Numbered from the stretch's first letter, positions 8,866-16,739 are shown. The stretch: DNA of 24,000 bases from Rhodospirillales bacterium (GCA_016214125.1 JACRPC010000005.1:58039-82038); one strand, 5' to 3'. Notes: generated by a model not told the origin, from the letters alone. A program made the numbers and translations.

Positions 8866-10095
8866 TCAAGGCGCCTTCGCCGCTTTGTCAGCCATAGTCA
8901 GAATCACCGAAAGGTCGCGGCCATTGACGGCAAATCCGCCTTCGGGCGTCAGGTCGATGCGGTAACGATGACGACGCTCGCCGCCCACCTGGACGCCCTC
9001 GCCCAGGGCCGACACCAAGGCCAAAAGGCCGAAGGTCTGCATCGCCTGCTTGCGCGGCTGGCCCGAGCGCGACAGGCCGGCGATGCGTTCGTTCAAGCCT
9101 TGCACTTCGAACAGGAAGCGGCCTTGGGTGGCGGTGGTGGGCGCAAAGCGCGCCTCGCCGGCGCCACTCGATTGCAGGCCAACCGAGCGGGCATCGGACT
9201 CGACGAGCGTGAGGTGGGTGCGCGAATCATGAAGGCGGCCCTTCAGGCGCTCCCAGGCCGGGCCAAAGGGGTTGGGGCGCGCATCGGCGAACAGGCTTGG
9301 CAGATCGCGCAAGGCAGCCTGCCAGGGAAAGGGCGTCGCCTGGGCCTTGAGCCGGAGCGAGAGCGGCGTCAACTCGCCGGCCGGCCCGGCATCGGCGGGC
9401 AGCGGCGCCTGATAACGCAGATCGACGTCGAGGCGCGGCTTAGTCCGCCGCTCGGCCAGGGACAGTTCAAGCCTAACGTTACTGAGGATCAGCACCGATT
9501 GGTCGGCGGCCTTGCGGCCTTTGTAGTCAACCAGCTCGATCGTGCCGGCCACCGGCCCCTCGTCGCCGCGGAGGGTAAAGAATCCGCGTGCCTGGCCGAT
9601 GGCGATGCGGTCGCCATTCGCCAAGGCCAGGTCGACGTCCTGCGCCGAAACCTCAAGCCGGGTGAAGGCTTGGCGGGGAATCGACCACGCGCCTTGGAAC
9701 GTCAACGCCTTGGCCTCGAGGGTGGCCCGGACCTGGCCGTCGGCGATGAAGCGGATCGGCCCGGCCAAACGGCCGCTCACCGCCTGCGTGTCCTTGCCGG
9801 GCAGCAGGCGCACCGGCAGACTGCCGAGATCGAGGGTCGCCATCTCCCCACCCTCCAAGGGCGCGCGGTAGGCCAGCTCGTCGATGGTGAGGGTGTAGGC
9901 GCCGTCTTTGTCGGGGCCGGTAACCCGCAAGGGCTCGGCGTAATCGAACCGCCCCTCGCCGGGCACCGCCGCCAGATAGGGCGCCAGCCCCGCCCGCAGC
10001 CGGTCGCGCAGATCATCGGCTTGGCTTTTGGCATAGGCGCCGCCCAGTCCAAGGAGGCCAAGGATCGCCAGGGCGAACACAAGCCGGAACCGCAT
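8866..10095 (-). CDS. Secreted or periplasmic protein of unknown function (409 aa)
   Basis: Sec-type signal peptide MRFRLVFALAILGLLGLGGAYA. The rest has a natural beta-rich composition with no motif I recognise. The overlapping + strand ORF (part of 8686..11460) is R/G/A/Q-rich antisense junk. Confidence 0.7.
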   Translation of the reverse strand: MRFRLVFALAILGLLGLGGAYAKSQADDLRDRLRAGLAPYLAAVPGEGRFDYAEPLRVTGPDKDGAYTLTIDELAYRAPLEGGEMATLDLGSLPVRLLPGKDTQAVSGRLAGPIRFIADGQVRATLEAKALTFQGAWSIPRQAFTRLEVSAQDVDLALANGDRIAIGQARGFFTLRGDEGPVAGTIELVDYKGRKAADQSVLILSNVRLELSLAERRTKPRLDVDLRYQAPLPADAGPAGELTPLSLRLKAQATPFPWQAALRDLPSLFADARPNPFGPAWERLKGRLHDSRTHLTLVESDARSVGLQSSGAGEARFAPTTATQGRFLFEVQGLNERIAGLSRSGQPRKQAMQTFGLLALVSALGEGVQVGGERRHRYRIDLTPEGGFAVNGRDLSVILTMADKAAKAP

Positions 10096-10182
10096 GGTTT
10101 CTTACGCTCCGTCAGAAAATCGCGAATCCCCCCATGCCGCGCTGGGTTGGAAATCCCCTCGGCCTGTTTTATCGTTGGGGCC

Positions 10183-11460
10183 ATGAGCGCGCCAGAAGAT
10201 TCCCCCCGTCCCGATTATTGGCCGGCCAACCAGCCGCCCGATTCCCAAGCCGCCTGGGCGCGTTTCGCCGACAGCGATCGTGAGGCCGGCTTCGAGATCG
10301 GCCACGATTTCGAGCGCTTCAGCCAGCGCAACGACATGTTCAACCGCGCCCAATGGGACGAGGCGGTGAAGACGCCGCAGGTGCGCGAATTCTACAAAGC
10401 CTCGACCGCGATCAGCTCGCGCCGCGGCGACGGCTTTCGCCAACGCGACTACGCGCTGCGCAACGCCTCGTGGGCGGTGGCGCATCTGATCGCCGAGCGC
10501 GGCTACGCCCAGGGCAAGCGCGAAGGTTTCCTCGACCCGATCGAGCCGCAGCGCCCCAAAGCGGCCGAGAAGCTGAAAATCGAATCCTCGGAAGCCCTGA
10601 CCGCCGAGATCAAGAAGGTGGCCCGGCTGTTCGGCGCCGATCTGGTGGGTATCGCCGAGTATGACGAGCGCTGGGTCTACAGCCACCGCACCGACATCAA
10701 GACCCGCGAGGAACGCCCGAACGAACTGCCTTCGGGCCTTACCCACGTCATCATCATCGGCCACGAGATGGATTACGAGCTTCTGAAGGCGGTGCCCTCG
10801 GCCACCGGCTCGGCCGCCATCGGCGCCGGCTATTCCCACGAAACTGTGACCTCGATGCAGATCGCCCAATACATCCGCAATCTGGGCTACGAAGCGCTGG
10901 CCAGCCTCAACGACACCGCGCTCACCATCCCCTTCGCCATCAAGGCCGGCATGGGTGAATATGGCCGCAACCAGATGGTGATCACCCCCGAATTCGGACC
11001 TCGCACCCGCTTTTCGAAAATCCTTACCGACCTGCCGCTGGTTGCCGATAAGCCCCGGCGCTTTGGGGTGTTCGAGTTCTGCTCGATCTGCGACCGCTGC
11101 GCCACCCACTGCCCTTCCAAGGCCCTGCCCAAGGGCCCGCCCACCGAGGCCGGTCCCAACCGCTCAAGCATCAAGGGCGTGCGCAAATGGACGGCGGATT
11201 GCGAGAAATGCTTCGCCTATTGGACCCGCATGCGCACCGATTGCTCGCTCTGCATGCGCGTCTGCCCCTACAACCGCGATTATTCGCGCCCTTCGGCCAA
11301 GCTGTTCCGTTGGCTGGCGCAAGGCCGGCTGCGCCGCTTGGCGCTCTGGCTGGACGACAAGCTCGGCACCAACGCCAAAAGGGTCAAACCCTCGGACTGG
11401 TGGGGAAGCGAAGGCGGAATGTCGGAAGAGCAAGCCGCCGCCAAGCCGGCCGGTGACTGA
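10183..11460 (+). CDS. Reductive dehalogenase-family (RdhA/QueG superfamily) corrinoid/[4Fe-4S] protein; cytoplasmic, no TAT signal, no rdhB partner
   Basis: Start taken at the ATG at 10183, the internal M of the 924-aa track ORF. Two C-terminal ferredoxin motifs: CSICDRCATHCP (nt 11080-11115, CxxCxxCxxxCP) and CEKC-x10-CSLCMRVCP (nt 11200-11268). This arrangement and placement near the C-terminus are typical of RdhA. The N-terminus MSAPEDSPRPDYWP... has no RRxFLK motif and no hydrophobic segment. Confidence 0.75.
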   Translation: MSAPEDSPRPDYWPANQPPDSQAAWARFADSDREAGFEIGHDFERFSQRNDMFNRAQWDEAVKTPQVREFYKASTAISSRRGDGFRQRDYALRNASWAVAHLIAERGYAQGKREGFLDPIEPQRPKAAEKLKIESSEALTAEIKKVARLFGADLVGIAEYDERWVYSHRTDIKTREERPNELPSGLTHVIIIGHEMDYELLKAVPSATGSAAIGAGYSHETVTSMQIAQYIRNLGYEALASLNDTALTIPFAIKAGMGEYGRNQMVITPEFGPRTRFSKILTDLPLVADKPRRFGVFEFCSICDRCATHCPSKALPKGPPTEAGPNRSSIKGVRKWTADCEKCFAYWTRMRTDCSLCMRVCPYNRDYSRPSAKLFRWLAQGRLRRLALWLDDKLGTNAKRVKPSDWWGSEGGMSEEQAAAKPAGD

Positions 11461-11538
11461 TCGCGCCGTCCGGGTTGCCCTGGGCCCGCCAACCTGCTAG
11501 GTTCCGCGCCGCTTCCAGCCCCTTCGGACGGGACCATC

Positions 11539-12105
11539 ATGAAAATCCAAGCCAACACCATCCGCCCCGGCTTCATCATCGAGCACAACTCCCGCCAGTG
11601 GGGCGTTTTGAAGATCCAGCTCATCCAGCCCGGCAAGGGCGGTGCCTTCATCCAGGTTGAGATGCGCGACATCCGCACCGGCAACAAGACCAACGAGCGC
11701 TGGCGCACCCAAGACACGGTCGAGAAGCTGTCGGTGGAAGAGAAGGAATGCACCTATCTCTTCGGCGACGAAGCCACCCTCACCTTCATGGACGGCGAGA
11801 ATTTCGAGCAGTTCGTGATGCCACGCGAGATGCTGGGCGACCAGGTCGCCTTCCTCCAGGACGGCATGGTGGTGACGGTCGATTTCGTCGAAGGCTCGCC
11901 GGTTTCCGTCACCCTGCCCGCCACCGTGGTCCTCACCGTCGTCGAGGCCGATCCGGTGGTCAAGGGCCAGACGGCGGCCGCCTCCTACAAGCCGGCCAAG
12001 CTGGAAAACGGCCTGCGGGTGATGGTGCCGCCCTTCCTGGCGGTGGGCGAGAAGATCGTCGTCAACACCTCGGAAATCGCCTACGTCGAACGTTTCAAGG
12101 GCTAG
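11539..12105 (+). CDS. efp: Translation elongation factor P
   Basis: 188 aa. MKIQANTIRPGFIIEHNSRQWGVLKIQLIQPGKGGAFIQVEMRDIRTGNK carries the conserved loop PGKG(G)A with Lys33. The full-length protein resembles canonical EF-P. Confidence 0.97.
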   Translation: MKIQANTIRPGFIIEHNSRQWGVLKIQLIQPGKGGAFIQVEMRDIRTGNKTNERWRTQDTVEKLSVEEKECTYLFGDEATLTFMDGENFEQFVMPREMLGDQVAFLQDGMVVTVDFVEGSPVSVTLPATVVLTVVEADPVVKGQTAAASYKPAKLENGLRVMVPPFLAVGEKIVVNTSEIAYVERFKG

Positions 12106-12111
12106 CCCGGC

Positions 12112-12909
12112 GTGGCCCTGCAATCGCCGATCATGAACCTGATGGTTGCCGCCGCCCGCAAGGCGGCGCGCGGCCTGGTGCGCGATTTCGGCGAGGTCGA
12201 GCAGTTGCAGGTGTCGAAAAAGGGCGTCTCCGATTTCGTCACCACCGCCGACCTCAAGGCCGAAAAGACCCTAGTCGCCGAGTTGAACAAGGCCCGGCCG
12301 GGTTACGGCTTTCTCCTCGAGGAAGGCGGCGTGCGCGCCGGCACCGATCCGCATTTCCGCTGGATCGTCGATCCGCTCGACGGCACGCTCAACTTCATGC
12401 ACGGCATTCCCCATTTCGCCATCTCGATCGGGCTGGAGCGCGACGGCGAGATCGTGGCCGGGGTCATCTATCAACCGGTCGGCGACGAGATGTTCCTTGC
12501 CGAGAAGGGCCAGGGCGCCTGGCTCAACAATCGCCGCCTGCGCGTCTCGGCTAGGCGCCTGCCCGAGGAATCGCTGTTCGCCACCGGCATTCCCTTCAAG
12601 GATCGGCCGGGCCATGACGAATTCCTGGCCCAGTGCCGGGCCGTGATGGCGGTCTCGGCCGGCATCCGGCGCCAGGGCTCGGCGGCACTCGATCTGGCCT
12701 ATGTCGCCGCCGGACGCTACGAAGGCTATTGGGAAACCCGCATCCATGCCTGGGACATGGCGGCCGGGATCTTGCTGGTGCGCGAGGCCGGCGGCTTCGT
12801 CACCGATCTGGCCGGCGGCTCCACCATGCTCGAAAGCGGCGATATCGTGGCCGCCAACCAGCAAATGCACCCGATCCTGCTCGACCTCTTGGCCAAAGCC
12901 AAGCCCTGA
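12112..12909 (+). CDS. suhB: Inositol monophosphatase family protein (SuhB-like)
   Basis: GTG start 6 nt after the efp stop. N-terminus SPIMNLMVAAARKAARGLVRDFGEVEQLQVSKKG, metal-binding motifs LLEEGG and WIVDPLDGTLNFMHG, and C-terminal WDMAAG. Confidence 0.92.
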   Translation: MALQSPIMNLMVAAARKAARGLVRDFGEVEQLQVSKKGVSDFVTTADLKAEKTLVAELNKARPGYGFLLEEGGVRAGTDPHFRWIVDPLDGTLNFMHGIPHFAISIGLERDGEIVAGVIYQPVGDEMFLAEKGQGAWLNNRRLRVSARRLPEESLFATGIPFKDRPGHDEFLAQCRAVMAVSAGIRRQGSAALDLAYVAAGRYEGYWETRIHAWDMAAGILLVREAGGFVTDLAGGSTMLESGDIVAANQQMHPILLDLLAKAKP

Positions 12910-13014
12910 TCGAAGCGCGGTTTTCGGAACCCTCCTCTGGCCGATGGCCTTGCCGCCCCCCCCTCCGCCGCCTTACCCTGCCCGATCGTCGATTCCAAGG
13001 AGAGGCCGACCGTT

Positions 13015-13782
13015 ATGGCCAAAGCAAGCGCAAAAGGGGGCGGCAAATCGCTGTTCGCGCGGCTGAAAAGCGCCTTCCTGGAAGGGGCCGAGGCCGGCGA
13101 GGAAACCCCGCCCGAGGCCGGCCGGACGCCGGACGCCGATCGCACCTGGGTGCCGCTTACCTTGGAAGATTTGCTCAAGGAAAGCCCCTCGGCGCGGGTC
13201 CATATCGTCTCGATGGCCGACTATCGCAAGGCGATCGGCTCCGCCTGGTCGGTCCGGCGCGACAAGATTCTGATCCTGGCCGAGACCGTGCTGCGCGGCC
13301 ATCTTAGGCCGGGCGACATTTGTCTGCACCCGGCCGAGGCCCTGTTCGCCCTCATCTTACGCGGCAACGACGCTGGCGAAAGCGCCAGGCGGGCGCGCAT
13401 CGCCGCCGAGGATCTGGGCCATCGTCTGGTCGGCGAGAAATATCTGGGTGCCGCCATCGCCGACCTGCCCTGGGTGCGGCTGGCCAGCCTGCCCGCCGAC
13501 GAGCTGCTGGCCGGCAAGGACGCGCTCGACGAGGCCAAGCTGGCGAAGGCCGCCGAAAGCGCGCCCCGCATTCCGCCCAAGGCCGCCCCCGCCGCTCCGC
13601 CGCCTGCCCCCACCCCGCCGACCGTGGTCAAACCAAGCGAAAGCGATCCCGGCTGGCAAAAGGCAAACCACGATGCCTGGCGCAAATCGATCGACATGGT
13701 GCCGATCGCTCCCCATGGCGGCGCCGGCAAGGCGAAGGGGAAACCCGAGCCCGACTGGACGCCGATCACCAAGAAAAAATGA
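13015..13782 (+). CDS. Hypothetical protein; degenerate GGDEF-like domain (by-eye alignment) with a Pro/Ala-rich, basic C-terminal tail
   Basis: AAGGAGAGG SD upstream of the ATG at 13015. Residues 60-170 align by eye with the GGDEF domain of the neighbouring sensor. RPGD-ICLHP-AEALF (nt 13306-13347) occupies the position of RxxD-x5-GGDEF. The opposite-strand ORFs look like junk. Confidence 0.65.
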   Translation: MAKASAKGGGKSLFARLKSAFLEGAEAGEETPPEAGRTPDADRTWVPLTLEDLLKESPSARVHIVSMADYRKAIGSAWSVRRDKILILAETVLRGHLRPGDICLHPAEALFALILRGNDAGESARRARIAAEDLGHRLVGEKYLGAAIADLPWVRLASLPADELLAGKDALDEAKLAKAAESAPRIPPKAAPAAPPPAPTPPTVVKPSESDPGWQKANHDAWRKSIDMVPIAPHGGAGKAKGKPEPDWTPITKKK

Positions 13783-14556
13783 TCAGCCCCAGGGGCCGCG
13801 CCGCCAGGGACCGCGCGGCGGCAAGGAAGGCGGCCGGCGGCTGACCTCGAAGGATGGGCTCGCTGCCTGCCCCCAAAGCGGCACGCCGGGAAGGCGGAAG
13901 AAGGGAATCAAGATCAATCCGGCGACGAAGCCGCCGACATGGGCGAGGAAGGCGACGCCGCCCGCGCCCGCCGGGGCCGACAGGCTGCTCCAGATTTGCA
14001 GGGCGAACCAGGCGCCCAGCACGAACACCGCCGGGATGTTGACGAAGCGGACATAGATGATGATCACCAGCAACACCCGCACATTGGCGCGCGGATGCAA
14101 GAGGAGATAGGCGCCCAAGATTCCGGCGATGGCGCCCGAGGCGCCGATCATCGGCACGGTCGAATCCGGATCGGCCAGACCCTGAGCCAGGGCCGCCGCG
14201 ATGCCGCACAGCAGATAGAACAGGAGGAAGCGGCCCGACCCCATCGCATCCTCGACATTGTTGCCGAAAATCCAGAGATAAAGCATGTTGCCGCCCAGAT
14301 GCATGAGCCCGCCATGCAGAAACATCGAGGTCACGAGCGTGGCGGCGGGCGGAACCAGGGCCAGATCGGGCGCCAACCGGGCATCGCCCAGAAAGGTCGC
14401 CGGGACGAAGCCGAGTGCCAAGACCGCCTGCTCGCCCGCCTCGTCGGAAAGCCCCATCTGCCAGAGAAAGATCATCGCGCACAGCCCGATCATCGCCCAG
14501 GTGACGAAGGGCGTGATCCGGCAGGGATTGTCGTCATAGAGGGGAAAGAAGAACAT
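13783..14556 (-). CDS. Rhomboid family intramembrane serine protease
   Basis: Start taken at the ATG at 14556 (MFFFPLYDDNP...) with a GAGG-type SD. Rhomboid signature FLHGGLMHLGGNMLYLWIFG (HxxxN) and catalytic GASGAIAGILGAY. Six predicted TM helices. Confidence 0.9.
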   Translation of the reverse strand: MFFFPLYDDNPCRITPFVTWAMIGLCAMIFLWQMGLSDEAGEQAVLALGFVPATFLGDARLAPDLALVPPAATLVTSMFLHGGLMHLGGNMLYLWIFGNNVEDAMGSGRFLLFYLLCGIAAALAQGLADPDSTVPMIGASGAIAGILGAYLLLHPRANVRVLLVIIIYVRFVNIPAVFVLGAWFALQIWSSLSAPAGAGGVAFLAHVGGFVAGLILIPFFRLPGVPLWGQAASPSFEVSRRPPSLPPRGPWRRGPWG

Positions 14557-14572
14557 CCGCCCTCGCCTCGCT

Positions 14573-15382
14573 CTATTCCGGCATCGTCTCGGCCAGACGC
14601 CCGCCAAGCCGCAGCGGTCGGATGGCCTTGGCCAAGCCGGTGGCGTCGTCGGTGTCGATCAGGACCGCGCAGAGCGTGCCCACCCCCTCGGCCGGCGCCA
14701 GCTTCTCGGTCGGCATCTTGCGGGTGAATTTGGCAATGGCGATCGATTTGTTCATACCGATCACCGAATCGTAATCGCCGCACATGCCGATGTCGGTTTG
14801 GTACGCCGTGCCGCCGGGCAGGATCTGGCCGTCAGCGGTGGGAATGTGGCTGTGGGTGCCGATCACCGCCGACACCCGCCCATCCAGGAAATGCGCCACC
14901 GACATCTTCTCGCTCGACGCCTCGGCATGGATGTCGACCAGGATCGACAGATTGGCGCCCAGCCGATGCCGGGACAGCAGCTCGTCGATGCCGGCAAAGG
15001 GATCGTCGAGCGCGTCCATGAACAGCCGGCCCATGAGCTGGGTAACCAGCAGGGTGCGGCCCCGACCGGCATCGATCAGCGCGTAGCCCTTACCCGGCGT
15101 GCCGCGCGGATAGTTGAGCGGGCGGACGAGGCGCGGCTCGGTCTCGATGTAGGCGATGATGTCGCGCTGGTCCCAAACATGGTTGCCGGTGGTGAGGGCC
15201 TGGGCGCCGGCCGCCAGGAACTCCTCGGCCATCTTGGCGGTGACGCCGAAGCCGTGCGCCGAATTCTCGACATTGACCACCACGACGTCGGGCTTGAGCC
15301 GGGCCTTGAGATCGCCCAGCCGCTCAAGCACCGCCTGGCGTCCGCTCCGCCCCACCACATCGCCGCAATACAGAATCCTCAT
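14573..15382 (-). CDS. YmdB-like metallophosphoesterase (TIGR00282 family)
   Basis: MRILYCGDVVGRSGR...VVVNVENSAHGFG...TTGNHVWD...GTHSHIPTAD are calcineurin-like metal-binding motifs in the YmdB order. The ATG at 15382 overlaps the upstream stop codon as ATGA. Confidence 0.9.
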   Translation of the reverse strand: MRILYCGDVVGRSGRQAVLERLGDLKARLKPDVVVVNVENSAHGFGVTAKMAEEFLAAGAQALTTGNHVWDQRDIIAYIETEPRLVRPLNYPRGTPGKGYALIDAGRGRTLLVTQLMGRLFMDALDDPFAGIDELLSRHRLGANLSILVDIHAEASSEKMSVAHFLDGRVSAVIGTHSHIPTADGQILPGGTAYQTDIGMCGDYDSVIGMNKSIAIAKFTRKMPTEKLAPAEGVGTLCAVLIDTDDATGLAKAIRPLRLGGRLAETMPE

Positions 15383-15951
15383 CGTCGAACCTCGATCCAT
15401 TCCCGGTCGGTCGCCACCGCGTCCAGACGTTCATCATGCAGGGTTTCGGGCAGTTCATCCACCTCCTGGGTGGCGAAGGCAAGCCCGATCGCCCGAACCT
15501 TGCCCTGGGCGCGCAAGGCCGCCAGGGTGCGGTCGTAATAGCCGCCGCCATAACCCAGCCGAAAGCCCCGTCGATCGAAGGCCAGAAGCGGCACCAGCAA
15601 CATCGTCGGGCGCAGCACGGGCGCCGAAACGGGTGGCTGGCTTGTGCTGTGCGGTCCGGCGTCGAGCGGCCGGGACTCGTCCCATTCGCGGAAGATCAGG
15701 GGTTGGCCGCTTTCGATCACCACCGGCAGCGCCAGGCGATGGCCGCGCTCGCGCAGCGTTTGGACCAGAGGCCGGGGATCGATTTCGTCGCCGATCGGCC
15801 AATAGGCGCCGACCACCGCCTCGAAGGGGATTTGGCTGCGGGGCGGAAGCCGTTCGGCCAGACGCGCCGCCGCACCGATTCCGTCCGCCCGATGGGCCTC
15901 GGCCCGACGACGCCGCGCCTCGCGGCGAAGCTCGCTCTTATCGGCGGTCAT
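15379..15951 (-). CDS. ygfA: 5-formyltetrahydrofolate cyclo-ligase
   Basis: Start taken at the ATG at 15951 (MTADKSELRREARRRR...). Family motifs YWPIGDEIDP and LLVPLLAFDRRGFRLGYGGGYYDR. Located immediately downstream of a 6S RNA, as in E. coli ssrS-ygfA. Confidence 0.88.
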   Translation of the reverse strand: MTADKSELRREARRRRAEAHRADGIGAAARLAERLPPRSQIPFEAVVGAYWPIGDEIDPRPLVQTLRERGHRLALPVVIESGQPLIFREWDESRPLDAGPHSTSQPPVSAPVLRPTMLLVPLLAFDRRGFRLGYGGGYYDRTLAALRAQGKVRAIGLAFATQEVDELPETLHDERLDAVATDREWIEVRR

Positions 15952-15971
15952 GGGGGAATCTCGCTTGGACG

Positions 15972-16148
15972 AAGTAAGGTGGACGGAGCCGCCTCGACCG
16001 TCGGCTTTCTGTCTCCTCTGTGGCCTGCAAGCGCAGGTGGGCGCCATATGACGCGACCAGGGTCGCGTTAGGGACAGCTCCCAAGAGGTATGATATTGGC
16101 CCCAGGGACAACGTGGCCAGACGCATCGCGCAGCACCGTCCAGAACCG
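15972..16148 (-). ncRNA. ssrS: 6S RNA (RNA polymerase-sequestering ncRNA); ends approximate
   Basis: The minus-strand read GUCCCUGGGGCCAAUAUCAUACCUCUUGG (plus 16081-16109) closely matches the E. coli 6S central-bubble strand GUCCCCUGAGCCGAUAUUUCAUACCACAAG. Apical hairpin CGCGAC-CCUG-GUCGCG (16052-16067). 3'-bubble hairpin CCUGC-GCUU-GCAGG (16024-16037), analogous to E. coli CCUUG-AAC-CAAGG. Closing stem UGGACGG/CCGUCCA (16136-16142 pairs with 15980-15986). zapA-ssrS-ygfA synteny supports the call. Confidence 0.75.
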
Positions 16149-16151
16149 ACT

Positions 16152-16478
16152 CTATGCCCGTTCGAGGCGTTCGGCAATGGTTTCGATACGTCTGGCCAGA
16201 CTGTCGAGGGCGTTGGCCAGTCCCTCGCCGGCGGCGGCGCCGTCACCGCCGGCCCCTCCCATGCGTTTGACTTCGGCGTAAGCGTCGGACAATTCGTCGG
16301 CCATCAGCAGGCTGACCATCACCAGAAGGCGGGCCTCGCTGGTCTGGCCCACCGCCGCCACCAGCTCGCTTGCCCGCTGGTCGATGTAGCGGGCCAGCCG
16401 CGACAGATGCGCCTCTTGCCCATCGTCGCAGACGATCGGATAGGAGCGCCCGTTGATGCTGACGGTGATCTGGGCCAT
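16152..16478 (-). CDS. zapA: Cell division protein ZapA
   Basis: Start taken at the ATG at 16478. MAQITVSINGRSYPIVCDDGQEAHLSRLARYID...RLLVMVSLLMADEL matches the ZapA family pattern. 108 aa. Confidence 0.88.
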   Translation of the reverse strand: MAQITVSINGRSYPIVCDDGQEAHLSRLARYIDQRASELVAAVGQTSEARLLVMVSLLMADELSDAYAEVKRMGGAGGDGAAAGEGLANALDSLARRIETIAERLERA

Positions 16479-16485
16479 GCCCGCC

Positions 16486-16713
16486 CTACTCCTCGAGAAC
16501 GCCGCGCAGGCGGCCGATGGCGCCGTCGAGCTTGGCGGAAACCGAAAGCGCCGCGGCACGCAAGGCTGCCATCTCGGCATCCAGCTTGCGCTTGTCCTCG
16601 GCCTGCGCCGCCTGACGCTGGGCGGCCTTGTCCAGGCGCGCCACAGCACCGTCCAGGCGCTTCATCGCCAGTTCGACCTTGGAGGCTTTCTTCTGGATGG
16701 CGGTTTCGCTCAC
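16486..16713 (-). CDS. Small coiled-coil protein upstream of zapA (ZauP/DUF4164-like)
   Basis: 75-aa heptad-rich Ala/Leu/Lys/Arg sequence (ELAMKRLDGAVARLDKAAQRQAAQAEDKRKLDAEMAALRAAA...). Its stop is 7 nt upstream of the zapA ATG. The position matches the Caulobacter zauP-zapA arrangement. The GTG start at 16713 is uncertain, and the internal ATG (M17) is an alternative. Confidence 0.6.
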   Translation of the reverse strand: MSETAIQKKASKVELAMKRLDGAVARLDKAAQRQAAQAEDKRKLDAEMAALRAAALSVSAKLDGAIGRLRGVLEE

Positions 16714-16739
16714 ACGCGTTCTCGTTGGTTCGAATGCGG

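Noticed and set aside
8866-10095. Tentative DUF2125-like label for the 409-aa secreted protein
   Set aside because: This rests only on a vague memory of size and taxon. I cannot point to a shared motif, so the gene is left as unknown function.
8686-10182. N-terminal 499 aa of the 924-aa + ORF that ends as the RdhA-like gene
   Set aside because: It is antisense to the signal-peptide-bearing 409-aa gene and has a junk-like composition (GRHQGQKAEGLHRLLARLARARQAG...). The RdhA-like homology begins only after the internal ATG at 10183.
10183-11460. Assignment as epoxyqueuosine reductase QueG
   Set aside because: The Fe-S motifs sit near the C-terminus (residues 300-362 of 425) and no HEAT-like C-terminal domain follows them. 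The second cluster motif has the RdhA-style long insertion (CxxC-x10-CxxCxxxCP). QueG remains the nearest alternative and should be excluded by HMM or phylogeny.
11539-12105. EF-P modification type (Lys33 loop PGKGGA) as an unusual feature
   Set aside because: The loop is a common Lys-type sequence. Whether a modification enzyme exists cannot be judged from this window.
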